From Candidatus Hydrogenedentota bacterium (lineage in GTDB: Bacteria > Hydrogenedentota > Hydrogenedentia > Hydrogenedentales > SLHB01): DNA of 64,000 nucleotides. The stretch lies in NCBI GenBank assembly GCA_045863335.1, contig BTVY01000002.1, positions 160,562 to 224,561 on the forward strand, given 5' to 3'. Every line of letters begins with the position of its first letter. The first letter of the stretch is position 1. Shown one piece after another: positions 29,280-38,947 of this stretch. The notes beneath the pieces are model-generated. The model had not been told where the DNA came from. It was given only the letters and a program-made list of their open reading frames with translations, and did no database searches. The translations under genes and the position numbers were made by a program.

Positions 29280-29308
29280 TTGACAAATCATGAATTATGT
29301 GGGACGAT
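29280..29308 (+). promoter_or_regulatory. Candidate sigma70 promoter TTGACA-17-GACGAT downstream of an AT-rich tract
   Basis: Perfect -35 at 29280, 17-nt spacer, TG extension. Confidence 0.5.
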
Positions 29309-29503
29309 TACCAATGGCTGTTGAAACTGCGGAAAGGAAAAAGGCCATTCGGAGCCGGTTTGGGGAACAAGGGTGTTACGGTTCGAAAGTATTATCCCAA
29401 CAGATACTCGCGTATGGATGCCTGTCACGACGTCGGTGAAGTCTGACTTCCCAGGTCGGATTTGGGCGGTCGTCCCCAGTGAGCATCGGGGGAGGGGGAT
29501 ATA

Positions 29504-32011
29504 GTGGCAATCGAGTGGTCCAGCCGGCCCGGCACATCCCGGGAGGCAACCGTGAACCCGTGTTTCGGTCAATCCGCGCGGCCATTCCTGGGGCTCCTTC
29601 TGTCCGGAGTTCTACTGGTTGTGCTCTTGCTCGAGATTGCTGCACGGTACGTCAAAGGGGTTTGGCCGGAATACGGCTTGATGTCGGCGATGGTCAGCAA
29701 CGTGGCGGTCATCACGCTCCTGTTCCCCGGGGTCTTTTTGATCTTCCGGCTTCAAGGGACTCGCTTGATCAAGTACATGATCGTACTCAGCATGGCGTTC
29801 CTGTGGCTGTGCCATGCGCTTCAAGTCACCGAGCAGTTGGACACGCTCGGTGCGGTACCGGTGTTGGGCGGCCAGGGGGCGGGTCATGAAGTTGCGCGCT
29901 GGGGATTCCTGGTGCTGGGACTCGTTCTGATGCTCGCCAGCCTGTACTTCGCGCTACTCGAAACGATTCTGGCGAAGTCGGATTTGTTGGCCGATCGAGC
30001 CTTGTTGCTGCGCGAAATCGCGGAGCGGAAGAAAGCGGAAGAAGCGCTCGTCGATCAGGAGAACATCTATCGTGCGGCAATAGCGCAGGCGGGCGCCATC
30101 CCGTATCGAATCGACTGGCGCACCCGGCAGTACACATTCTACGATGAACGGGTATATGAAGTCTCGGGTTATTCGAGGGAAGAATTGACTTTCGACAAGC
30201 TCCAGAGCCTGCCGATTGAGACGCACTTTCTGGGGCCCCTGGCGGGGATGTCCGAGGCGATGGTCAAGCGGCTGCTGGAAGCGCAAGCGCTGCGGAATCT
30301 CCACATGGAATACCGGATCCTGACCAAAGACGGGCGGGAACGATGGATCAGCGATAGCTCCGTGGAAATCGCGGATGAAAGGGGGAAGATTGTCGAGACG
30401 GTGGGATTGTTCCAGGATGTGACGGAGCGCAAGCGGGAAGAGGAGGCCTTGTCGCGCAACGAACGTTATTTCCGCGCCCTGACGGAGAACGCATTGGACC
30501 TGGTGACGGTGCTCAACGCGGATGGGACCATCCGGTACGTGAGTCCGTCCGTGAGTACCGTTCTGGGGTACTCACCGGAAGAACTCATTGGTACCGATAT
30601 CATCAAGTTGATTCACGCCGACGATCGCGAGCAGGTCGCGCAGGCGCTTGTCCAGGGTATCGAACACCCGGAAACGACCCATCGACTGCAATGCAGGGCC
30701 TCCCATCAGGATGGGAGCTGGCGGACGCTCGAGTGCATGGGCCGAAGCCTGTTGGACGATCCGAACATCCGGGGTGCGATCATCAATTCGCGCGATATAT
30801 CCGAGCGGGTGCACCTGGAAGAGCAGTTGAAGCATTCCCAAAAGATGGAAAGCATCGGCTGCCTGGCCGGGGGCGTGGCCCACGATTTCAACAACCTTTT
30901 GACCTGCATTACGGGGTACTGTGAAATGGCGCTCGGCCGCGCAAATGGCGACGAGAAGCTGCAGGGGCAGTTACAGACGATCCGGGAGGCATCGCACCGG
31001 GCATCGGATTTGACGCGTCAGCTCTTGGCATTTGCACGAAAGCAGATCATCGAACCGCGCAATACCAATTTGAATACGTTGACTTTGAATTTGGACAAGT
31101 TGTTGAGCCGCCTAATCGGTGAAGACATTGAACTGGTCACGTTCCCCTCTGAGGATCCCGCGATCGTGCGTATCGATCCGGGCCAGTTCGAGCAGGTTGT
31201 GATCAATCTGGCCATTAACGCCCGGGACGCGATGCCGGCGGGCGGGAAACTTACGATCGAGATCAAACAGTTGGCCATCGATCGGGAATACGCGAAGTTT
31301 CATCCGGAAATGCGGCCGGGCGAATACGTCATGCTCGCGATCAGCGATACGGGGGTCGGCATGACGGATGCCGTTCGCGCACGGATATTTGAACCTTTCT
31401 TTACAACCAAGGAATCGGGCAAGGGCACGGGACTGGGTCTGGCGACCTGCTATGGGATCGTGCGCCAGGCCGGCGGATACGTATGGGTGTACAGCGAGCC
31501 CGGCAAGGGCACCACCTTCAAGATCTACCTGCCCAAGGCCGAGGGTGCATCCCAAACGGCGAGGGTTAGGCCGGAACCAGAACAGTTAGCCCACGGCACT
31601 GAAACCATCCTGGTGGTGGAAGACGAGCCACTGGTGCGGGGAATTACGCTCGAAGCCCTGTTGGACCACGGGTACACCGTAATTGCGGCGCAGGACGGAA
31701 TGAGCGCGCTAGCGTTGGTGGAAAAGCATGAGGGGACGATTGACTTACTTCTGACGGACGTCGTTCTGCCGCAGATTTGCGGGCGCGACCTATCCGAGCA
31801 GGTCCGATCGAAGCATCCGAATATCCGGGTATTGTTTATGTCGGGATACACGGAAGACGCCATCGTGCATCACGGCGTGCTCGAACAAGGAATCGAGTTT
31901 CTGCCCAAACCGTTCACGCCGGAGGCACTTGTACGCAAAGTGCAAGAGGTGTTGATCGCGTCCGCCGATAGGCCTGCAAATACCCGCCGCATGCCCCTGC
32001 CGGTTGGCTGA
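29504..32011 (+). CDS. Membrane-bound PAS-PAS hybrid histidine kinase/receiver (CckA-like architecture)
   Basis: Four TM segments, two PAS domains, AHDFNNLL, NARDAM, FEPFFTTK, GTGLGL, receiver VEDE...TDVVLP...KPF. Confidence 0.95.
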   Translation: MAIEWSSRPGTSREATVNPCFGQSARPFLGLLLSGVLLVVLLLEIAARYVKGVWPEYGLMSAMVSNVAVITLLFPGVFLIFRLQGTRLIKYMIVLSMAFLWLCHALQVTEQLDTLGAVPVLGGQGAGHEVARWGFLVLGLVLMLASLYFALLETILAKSDLLADRALLLREIAERKKAEEALVDQENIYRAAIAQAGAIPYRIDWRTRQYTFYDERVYEVSGYSREELTFDKLQSLPIETHFLGPLAGMSEAMVKRLLEAQALRNLHMEYRILTKDGRERWISDSSVEIADERGKIVETVGLFQDVTERKREEEALSRNERYFRALTENALDLVTVLNADGTIRYVSPSVSTVLGYSPEELIGTDIIKLIHADDREQVAQALVQGIEHPETTHRLQCRASHQDGSWRTLECMGRSLLDDPNIRGAIINSRDISERVHLEEQLKHSQKMESIGCLAGGVAHDFNNLLTCITGYCEMALGRANGDEKLQGQLQTIREASHRASDLTRQLLAFARKQIIEPRNTNLNTLTLNLDKLLSRLIGEDIELVTFPSEDPAIVRIDPGQFEQVVINLAINARDAMPAGGKLTIEIKQLAIDREYAKFHPEMRPGEYVMLAISDTGVGMTDAVRARIFEPFFTTKESGKGTGLGLATCYGIVRQAGGYVWVYSEPGKGTTFKIYLPKAEGASQTARVRPEPEQLAHGTETILVVEDEPLVRGITLEALLDHGYTVIAAQDGMSALALVEKHEGTIDLLLTDVVLPQICGRDLSEQVRSKHPNIRVLFMSGYTEDAIVHHGVLEQGIEFLPKPFTPEALVRKVQEVLIASADRPANTRRMPLPVG

Positions 32012-32029
32012 AGGTCTTACCCCTTTTCG

Positions 32030-33181
32030 CTACGGCACGTAGTGATACGATTCTCCCCACGTCATCACCAGTACCGGGTACTCCGATTCGAGCAACTGCG
32101 GGAGTGTCAGGTGCAGGTATTCGGAGTCGCCCCAATAGGGAACGCGATCCCAGATTTGGTGACCCAACTCGTTCTGGTGACCCAACAACACCAATTTAGG
32201 GTCGAACCCGCGTGTAAAACGCATGTGATCGTTCATCCAGCAATTGGACATGACGACATCCACCTTGTGATGTTCGTGGACGCGGTCGATCCACTTGTAA
32301 TCTTCCTGGTACTCGGGATAGGGATCGTTGATCTGATCGCCGTTGTGCGCGAAGGACATGCCTTCGGGCGTGAAAACCAATACGACGTTGTTTGGAATGC
32401 CGTTGTCCTGGTACTGCTGACCGGGATACACCACGAGGTTCAATTCCTCGGCGCCGTCCTTGATCGTCAGTTGCTGCAGTTCGTGGGCTACGCGCTCCAA
32501 GTGGGTGATGCTTGCGTGGATCGGTTCGTCCTTAAACACTTCCTCCGGGGCGACGACCGGCTTGCCGCGATCGACAAAGGCTTGGGCAAATGGCGGGTCC
32601 GCGTGGTCCCCGTGACGGTGGCTGATAAACAGCACATCACACTGGTCCGCGATGCGGTTTACGACATCTTCGGATACCGGGAAACCCGGGCTGTCCACCG
32701 CGCTCTTTCCCTCCACCGGGTCAACCACCCGAAACCGCTGCACGCCCCGATGAAGGTCGAAACCGAGTGTCACGGACGCAGTGCGGATAATGAACCCATG
32801 GTTGTAGAGTTTCCAGATGATGGCGCCCTCCTCGGGCGTGCGCTGTTCGAGTTCATCGGCGAGCCGTTTCAATCGCGTTTGGTAGAACGACTGTACCGCC
32901 GCCCGGTTCGGAGCGTATACATCGTGCAATACGGCGTCGAGTAGATAGAGCGCGAGCTTCCGCTCATTCGGTTCCGGGACCTGTGGCGGAACGCGCGTCA
33001 AGGTGGCATCCACCTCGTGCAGCAATGCTTCGGCTTGACGGTCCATATAGGCATTATCATTCTCATCAAGATTCGGGTCCGTCAGCACCGCGGGGGACTC
33101 GGTTTCCTGCGCCAATGCAGTGCAGGCGCACAGCAGAAGTACGAGCGTGCAGTACACGTTGCGATTGCCTCGAATAAACAT
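32030..33181 (-). CDS. Secreted MBL-fold metallo-hydrolase
   Basis: FISHRHGDH, HNGD, GHQNELGH; signal peptide. Confidence 0.85.
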   Translation of the reverse strand: MFIRGNRNVYCTLVLLLCACTALAQETESPAVLTDPNLDENDNAYMDRQAEALLHEVDATLTRVPPQVPEPNERKLALYLLDAVLHDVYAPNRAAVQSFYQTRLKRLADELEQRTPEEGAIIWKLYNHGFIIRTASVTLGFDLHRGVQRFRVVDPVEGKSAVDSPGFPVSEDVVNRIADQCDVLFISHRHGDHADPPFAQAFVDRGKPVVAPEEVFKDEPIHASITHLERVAHELQQLTIKDGAEELNLVVYPGQQYQDNGIPNNVVLVFTPEGMSFAHNGDQINDPYPEYQEDYKWIDRVHEHHKVDVVMSNCWMNDHMRFTRGFDPKLVLLGHQNELGHQIWDRVPYWGDSEYLHLTLPQLLESEYPVLVMTWGESYHYVP

Positions 33182-33339
33182 GGTGTCTACCTTTCAAATG
33201 GGACTCTGAAGATCGGGGGCGATCCGCCAATTGGCCCGCAGAAATGCTAGCATAGATGCGGCGAGGTAAACGAGGGTCGCGCCGGAGGATTCGTGAGAGC
33301 TCCAAGCTCCCGGCCACAAGGCCGCTCGCCCGTCGGAAA

Positions 33340-34314
33340 ATGGAGATGCCACAACGTATGTCACCGCCACGCTGGACGGCTTCACCGAAACATGGACTCA
33401 CCCAGTGGTACGGTCACGTGCACCTCTTGCGAGACTTGGTGGTTGGCCAATGGTTTGCGGCGCGACGAACAGATGGGACGCTGTTATGGGAACAACGCCA
33501 CCCTCGCGCGAACACCGTACGCGATATCTCCGAAGCGAACGGCGTCATTCTCGCGACAGAGACGCGGTCGGACGGACCTTGGACGGCGGACTTCGGCTGC
33601 TATGCGATATCGCTCGAAACGGGCGAACTTCTTTGGTGCAACCACGGTCGCGGCGCAGGTGGCGGATTGCTACGCATTCTGGATTTCGTGCCGGGGTTCA
33701 CCAACGAATTCCGGGACACCGCCTGCGCCATTCGTGACGGGCAGTGTCTCTGTGAAAGCGGTCGCCTTCTGGATCTGCACTCGGGCGAACCGTTGGGGCA
33801 ACTTTCCAAAAAAGAGGTCGAGGTGATTCGACAAGAGCGTCTGTTGGCCCGCGCGGAACCGCTCTACCACTCCGGCGAGGTCGATCTGCCGGAATTCGGC
33901 CTCCGGCTGTCCAACCATACGCGTGAGGCGGACGGTGGCGTGCGGCGTCAGCGAGGAACTTTACGGCTTGAAGCGTTCGATGGGAACGGGGCGAGTCGAT
34001 GGAACTTCGATATCGCTACAACGAATTACCACATTGACGGCAACTTCTATTCCTATCGATTGGTTCCCCCTTACATCTATCTTGTAGTTTCGGAATCGGC
34101 GCAGCGGAAGGACCATCCGAAACGGCCGCACACGTCACTGCCGAACCCCTCGCCCTATCACATCTTGGTGCTGGACATCCGCAGTGGCGAACTCGTCCAG
34201 GACACGCGCATCCAGAATGCCCCGTGTGAAACCGCGCGCATCGAAGACGTGGACGATACCGGCTTGTTAATCGGTGTGGACGGCAAAACGCTGTTCTACT
34301 TCGACCTCGTCTGA
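33340..34314 (+). CDS. Hypothetical protein with PQQ-type beta-propeller-like motifs
   Basis: DGTLLWE, AISLETGELLW, LDIRSGEL repeats; start uncertain. Confidence 0.55.
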   Translation: MEMPQRMSPPRWTASPKHGLTQWYGHVHLLRDLVVGQWFAARRTDGTLLWEQRHPRANTVRDISEANGVILATETRSDGPWTADFGCYAISLETGELLWCNHGRGAGGGLLRILDFVPGFTNEFRDTACAIRDGQCLCESGRLLDLHSGEPLGQLSKKEVEVIRQERLLARAEPLYHSGEVDLPEFGLRLSNHTREADGGVRRQRGTLRLEAFDGNGASRWNFDIATTNYHIDGNFYSYRLVPPYIYLVVSESAQRKDHPKRPHTSLPNPSPYHILVLDIRSGELVQDTRIQNAPCETARIEDVDDTGLLIGVDGKTLFYFDLV

Positions 34315-34388
34315 ATTGTTCCACACCCTATCTACGCCGTACCATGCTGCATGACGTAGGAAGAAGATCTTCGAAAGGGGGTTGGGCT

Positions 34389-37300
34389 ATGCGCGTGGGT
34401 GCGTCTGTCGCGGCACTGGTGATCTTCATTGCCTTCTCGGCTACCGCGGAGCAGACTCCGCAGGAACGCTGGGTCGCGCGTTTTGGGCAGCAGGAACCGC
34501 GGGTGGCGAGCGAGGGCGTCTGCGAAGGGGTCGTGGGCGCGCTCCCCGCGTTCACCGTAACGCCGGACCGGCCCGGCACGCGGCTGGTGCGCGTGTCGCT
34601 TCCCTTTCCCCCGGCGAGTCTACCGGTACAGCTTGGCCTTACTGCGCGAACGGGCCAGGAGGAATTCCCGGTTGATCTTCGTATCCTGACACGACATCCG
34701 GGACAGCCCGCGAGCGTGCGGCGGGGTGTCGTGACCTTTCCATATGCCTTCGAGTCGGCGGAACCAGTCGCTTTTTCGTTGGCCCTGCGCGAGGACGTGT
34801 CCCCCACTTCACTTGAGCCAACGCGTGACGGCAACGCCTACCATGTGAAATTCGGTGGCACCGTTATATCCGTCGCGCCGAGCAAAGTGGCGGTCGAAGA
34901 ATCCGACGGTCTATCCTGGAACGCGGAAATAGTCGCACCGTCGATAACGGAACCTAACGAAGGCGCGTTTGAAGTAGTCGAATCGGGCACGCATTACCTC
35001 TGGGTACGTTTGCTGGTTTCCGACCCTGCGTGGCCGCGTATCATTGAGGTGCGGACGGACAGCGAAGGCACGGTGACAATCCAGGCGCATGTGCAGCGCA
35101 TGGCAGAGGGCGATGCGTATGCACCGGAGTTAGGCTGGCGCGTAACGGGTCTGGACGTGCCCCCGTCTGACAAGCATACCTTTGCCGAAGGGAAACCATG
35201 CCGATTGCTGACCCGCGATCAGGCGATGGAAGTGTCGTTTCCGGTTGCCCCGTTGACGCTGAAGGGCGGAGTTTCCGTAGCGAGCGAAGGCGGCGAATCG
35301 CCGATCACTTATCTGCGTTGCAGGGAAGACGACCGAGTACCGTTTCAATGTACCGCGTGGCGTCGAGCCGCTGTTACCGTTGGACCCGCGGGGCACACGC
35401 CGGTAAATGCCTTGCTGGAACCCGATCTGGCTGTGCAGGTCGCGCCGGATGCCTTTGATGCCATTTACGAAATGGGTCTCGCGCCGGACCTGGCGTTGTA
35501 TCCGGTGCTGGACAACGCGCAGGAATTCCATCGCGAAGCGATCGCTTTCAGCGCGTTGCGTGGCGACGATTATGGAAACGTGACGGCGTTCAATCCTGGA
35601 GGCCCGGCGAGTTACTACGGCATGAACCGGCTCAATCATTGTCCCGCCATCTTCGAGGAATCCTACCGTGCATCGAGCGATGCTTTGCGCGAGACGGCCG
35701 TGCTTTGGTGCTCGAACATGTACGACCTGAGCATCTGGTGGGGTGATACGCCGGACTTCGGCGGCACGCGCTACAACGCCGCCGTCGCCGCGGGTGAGAA
35801 GGAGCATGAAGGCGACACGAGTTACCTGTGGCGCACGAACTGGTCGTCCCATTTCTGCACGAAGGGGTACGACGCCTTCTTCTACGCCTACGAAGAAACC
35901 GGCGACCCGCGCATGCTCGCCGCGTTGAACGCGCAGGTGAATTACGCCAACGAGTTCATTCACACCAATACCGGCGAATGCCGGAACATCGGCGACGTGA
36001 CGGATTACATGCGGCTGTTCCGGTTCACCGGCGATTCCATGTACCGCGATGAAGCCTTGCGACTGTTCCGGGAATTGACGGAGAAGTTGTCCACCGGCGA
36101 TCTCTTCGATCAAGGGGGCAAGCCGATTCCCGAGGAACTGCCTTTTATCGATGATGACCAAGCTGGACTCGCCGTTGGCTACGCGAAGCCGTACATCATC
36201 GGCTACGCCCTCGCGGGACTGCCGGATCTACTGCGTGAGTTCCCCGACGAACCGAAGCTGCGCGACGTGGTGCGGGCCGTCGCGGTCTTCATGGCGGAAT
36301 CGCAGGACCCGCTCGGCGGCTGGCGGTACCCGCATCCGCGCAGCAGCGGACTACTGCTCAGTCAGGCGTTGGAGCATGCCACGCAATTGACGCGAGCGGC
36401 TACGGTATTGGAATCTCGCGGCGAGAAGATCGGCAATCTGTTGGACGCCATCGAACGCGTTCTGCAATGCCGTATCGAGGGCTACCGAAGAACGGGAGTC
36501 GTGCTCGGTGGCCTGTCGGGTTGGGAGCGCGCGACGGGCGCTATTCCGGAAGGCAAAACGATTTATGACCTCTATGCGAAGCCGGAGGATCGCGATCTTT
36601 CGCGGGACTACACGGAGGGCAGTATCGGTGTCGGGGGCTCGCCCCCGGAAGGACTCGTGTATTGGGGCGAGGTGTTGCAGTTCTATCTCGCCCACCGGCC
36701 CGCGGAGCGTCTGTTCAATCGAAACGAGCCGCTGCAAACGGTGCTCGCGCGCGTAGACGATCGGCGGTTGCGCCTCACGCCGCAAGACGCGGGCTCGTAT
36801 CTGCGGGTCGAGCATCCTGCGAACCCAGCGGCAGCGTTTACGCTGTGGGCGCCGGAGTGGGCGTCCTTTCCGAATCTCGGATATGGACCGGAGGAACTCG
36901 GCGGCATGCCGCTCGACTGGAAGCGGGATGACCATACGGGCGCGGTGTCCTACACGATCGAGCGTCCGGACGCCACATTCACCGCGCAGTTCACGCCGCA
37001 CATCGATTATCTGGAGTGCGCGTATACGGTCTGGCCGAAGCCGGAAGCAGAGGCTCCGGGGGCCTACGCGGTGGGGCCGTGCCTGCAATTGAAAGGCGGC
37101 GCCTTTGAAGGCGAAGAGGCGGATCTCATGAGCCGCATGTGGTTTCTGTCAGACGACGCTTGGACGTCGCTTGGCTTGTGTGCGAATGGCAATCCGCGAA
37201 ACGTCCAATACGTGAAGGGAAACGACTCGCCAGAGATGTACGGCGCCATGGCGGAGAGTGGATGGAAAACGATTCAAGATCCGCGGCCGGATGTGCCGCT

Positions 37301-38657
37301 CTTGGCCTGCGTAAGCACCGATGGGAAATGGGTAGCCGCGACGGCGACGGAACACGCGAACACCGTCTGCAACAACGCGGGGGCGTCGCATCGGTGCATG
37401 CATTCGCAAGGCCCGATGCCCCTGAATCCAGAGGGGCCGACGACGCAACGGGCAGTCGTGTACCTCTTCCAGGGAACGCTGGCGGATGTCAAAGCGCGGT
37501 ATGCGCGTGATGTTGCGCGTTGGGAGCGAGCGGCGCCATCGACCCCGCAACACGTGGAGCGCACCGCGGACTACGGGGTGCGCGACCTATTGCCTACCTT
37601 CAATGCGCCGCGCGTGCGCCGCATGGACTATTCCCTCGCGTGGGCGAACACGGAAATTCCTTTCACCAGCTGGCGCGAGCAGGCACGCGCCGCGTACCTG
37701 GCAACGCTGCAAACGCCCCCGCCCCGCGCGCCTTTCGCGGCCGAAGTCATTGGCGAGGAGGATCGCGGGTCATACGTGTCCAGAAAACTCGCGATGGACA
37801 TCTCTGCCGACGAACGGGTTAAGGCCTACCTTCTCATTCCGAAAGGCGACGGCCCCTTCCCCGCTATCGTCGCATTGCACGATCACGGAGCACACTTCTC
37901 CATCGGAAAGGAGAAGGTGATTCGGCCCTTCGACGAGCCGGCGGAACGGATCGCCGACGCCGAAGATTGGGTCAAACAATGTTACGGCGGAAACTATATC
38001 GGCGATGAGATGGCAAAGCGCGGGTATGTGGTGTTTGCGACGGACGCCTTGTTCTGGGGCGACCGCGGTCGCTACGGCGGCGTAGAGTACGAAGACCAGC
38101 AAGGGCTCGGCGCGAACATGCTGCAACTCGGCCAATCCTGGGCGGGCACCATCGTGTGGGACGATATCCGCAGCGCGGAGTTTGTGCAGAGCCTGCCGGA
38201 GGTCGACCCCGGCCGCATCGGATGCATGGGCTTGTCCATGGGATCCCACCGCACGTGGAGTCTCGCCGCGGCGACGGACATCGTCAAGGCGGGCGCGGCC
38301 ATCTGCTGGATGGGCGACACGCCCACGTTGACGAGTCCGGGCAATAATCAAACCAAAGGCTACTCGAGCTTCAGCATGATCCATCCCGGCATCAGGGAGA
38401 TCTTGGATTACCCGGACGTAGCATCGATCGCGTGTCCGAAGCCCATGCTGTTCTTCAACGGCACAGAGGATGGACTCTTCCCCGTGCCGGGCGTGGAAGC
38501 GGCGTACATGAAGATGCGGGGCGTGTGGGAATCGCAGAACGCCGGCGATCGGTTGGTCACGAAACTATGGCCCGTGCCGCACGAGTTCAACGCGGAAATG
38601 CAGGCGGAAGCGTTTGATTGGTTGGATCGATGGTTGACGGTGAAACTTACTGATTAA
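34389..38657 (+). CDS. Large secreted multidomain protein: lyase/GH-like helical barrel plus C-terminal alpha/beta hydrolase
   Basis: Signal peptide; YEETGDPR and FRFTGDSMY helical repeats; C-terminal ALHDHG, GLSMG, GTEDGLFP, PHEF triad. Confidence 0.8.
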   Translation: MRVGASVAALVIFIAFSATAEQTPQERWVARFGQQEPRVASEGVCEGVVGALPAFTVTPDRPGTRLVRVSLPFPPASLPVQLGLTARTGQEEFPVDLRILTRHPGQPASVRRGVVTFPYAFESAEPVAFSLALREDVSPTSLEPTRDGNAYHVKFGGTVISVAPSKVAVEESDGLSWNAEIVAPSITEPNEGAFEVVESGTHYLWVRLLVSDPAWPRIIEVRTDSEGTVTIQAHVQRMAEGDAYAPELGWRVTGLDVPPSDKHTFAEGKPCRLLTRDQAMEVSFPVAPLTLKGGVSVASEGGESPITYLRCREDDRVPFQCTAWRRAAVTVGPAGHTPVNALLEPDLAVQVAPDAFDAIYEMGLAPDLALYPVLDNAQEFHREAIAFSALRGDDYGNVTAFNPGGPASYYGMNRLNHCPAIFEESYRASSDALRETAVLWCSNMYDLSIWWGDTPDFGGTRYNAAVAAGEKEHEGDTSYLWRTNWSSHFCTKGYDAFFYAYEETGDPRMLAALNAQVNYANEFIHTNTGECRNIGDVTDYMRLFRFTGDSMYRDEALRLFRELTEKLSTGDLFDQGGKPIPEELPFIDDDQAGLAVGYAKPYIIGYALAGLPDLLREFPDEPKLRDVVRAVAVFMAESQDPLGGWRYPHPRSSGLLLSQALEHATQLTRAATVLESRGEKIGNLLDAIERVLQCRIEGYRRTGVVLGGLSGWERATGAIPEGKTIYDLYAKPEDRDLSRDYTEGSIGVGGSPPEGLVYWGEVLQFYLAHRPAERLFNRNEPLQTVLARVDDRRLRLTPQDAGSYLRVEHPANPAAAFTLWAPEWASFPNLGYGPEELGGMPLDWKRDDHTGAVSYTIERPDATFTAQFTPHIDYLECAYTVWPKPEAEAPGAYAVGPCLQLKGGAFEGEEADLMSRMWFLSDDAWTSLGLCANGNPRNVQYVKGNDSPEMYGAMAESGWKTIQDPRPDVPLLACVSTDGKWVAATATEHANTVCNNAGASHRCMHSQGPMPLNPEGPTTQRAVVYLFQGTLADVKARYARDVARWERAAPSTPQHVERTADYGVRDLLPTFNAPRVRRMDYSLAWANTEIPFTSWREQARAAYLATLQTPPPRAPFAAEVIGEEDRGSYVSRKLAMDISADERVKAYLLIPKGDGPFPAIVALHDHGAHFSIGKEKVIRPFDEPAERIADAEDWVKQCYGGNYIGDEMAKRGYVVFATDALFWGDRGRYGGVEYEDQQGLGANMLQLGQSWAGTIVWDDIRSAEFVQSLPEVDPGRIGCMGLSMGSHRTWSLAAATDIVKAGAAICWMGDTPTLTSPGNNQTKGYSSFSMIHPGIREILDYPDVASIACPKPMLFFNGTEDGLFPVPGVEAAYMKMRGVWESQNAGDRLVTKLWPVPHEFNAEMQAEAFDWLDRWLTVKLTD

Positions 38658-38681
38658 TCGTCGACGTCGACCGTTGTGTCC

Positions 38682-38898
38682 AAGATGGGTCCCCGCGTTC
38701 GCGAGGATGACGGTGTGGGGCGATGTGCGGGTTGAGGTTTAATCTTACGTGGTCTCAAGAGCAAGAATACATCGTGAAGGGCGGGTAGGACGCCGCGATG
38801 TCGAAAGCACACACGAAATGGGTCGGAACTTCATAAGAACCAGAGCCGTCATCCTCTGTCACCCTCGCGAAGGCGGGGGGAACGCGGGGACCCATCTT
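38682..38898. repeat. Inverted pair of REP-like elements (same family as 1-76)
   Basis: AAGATGGGTCCCCGCGTTCGCGAGGATGACGG (38682-38713) and its interrupted reverse complement (38846-38898). Confidence 0.8.
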
Positions 38899-38947
38899 CG
38901 GCCTACAATCGAGCGTTGACCCGTTTGTGCAAACAGGGAGCTATGCC

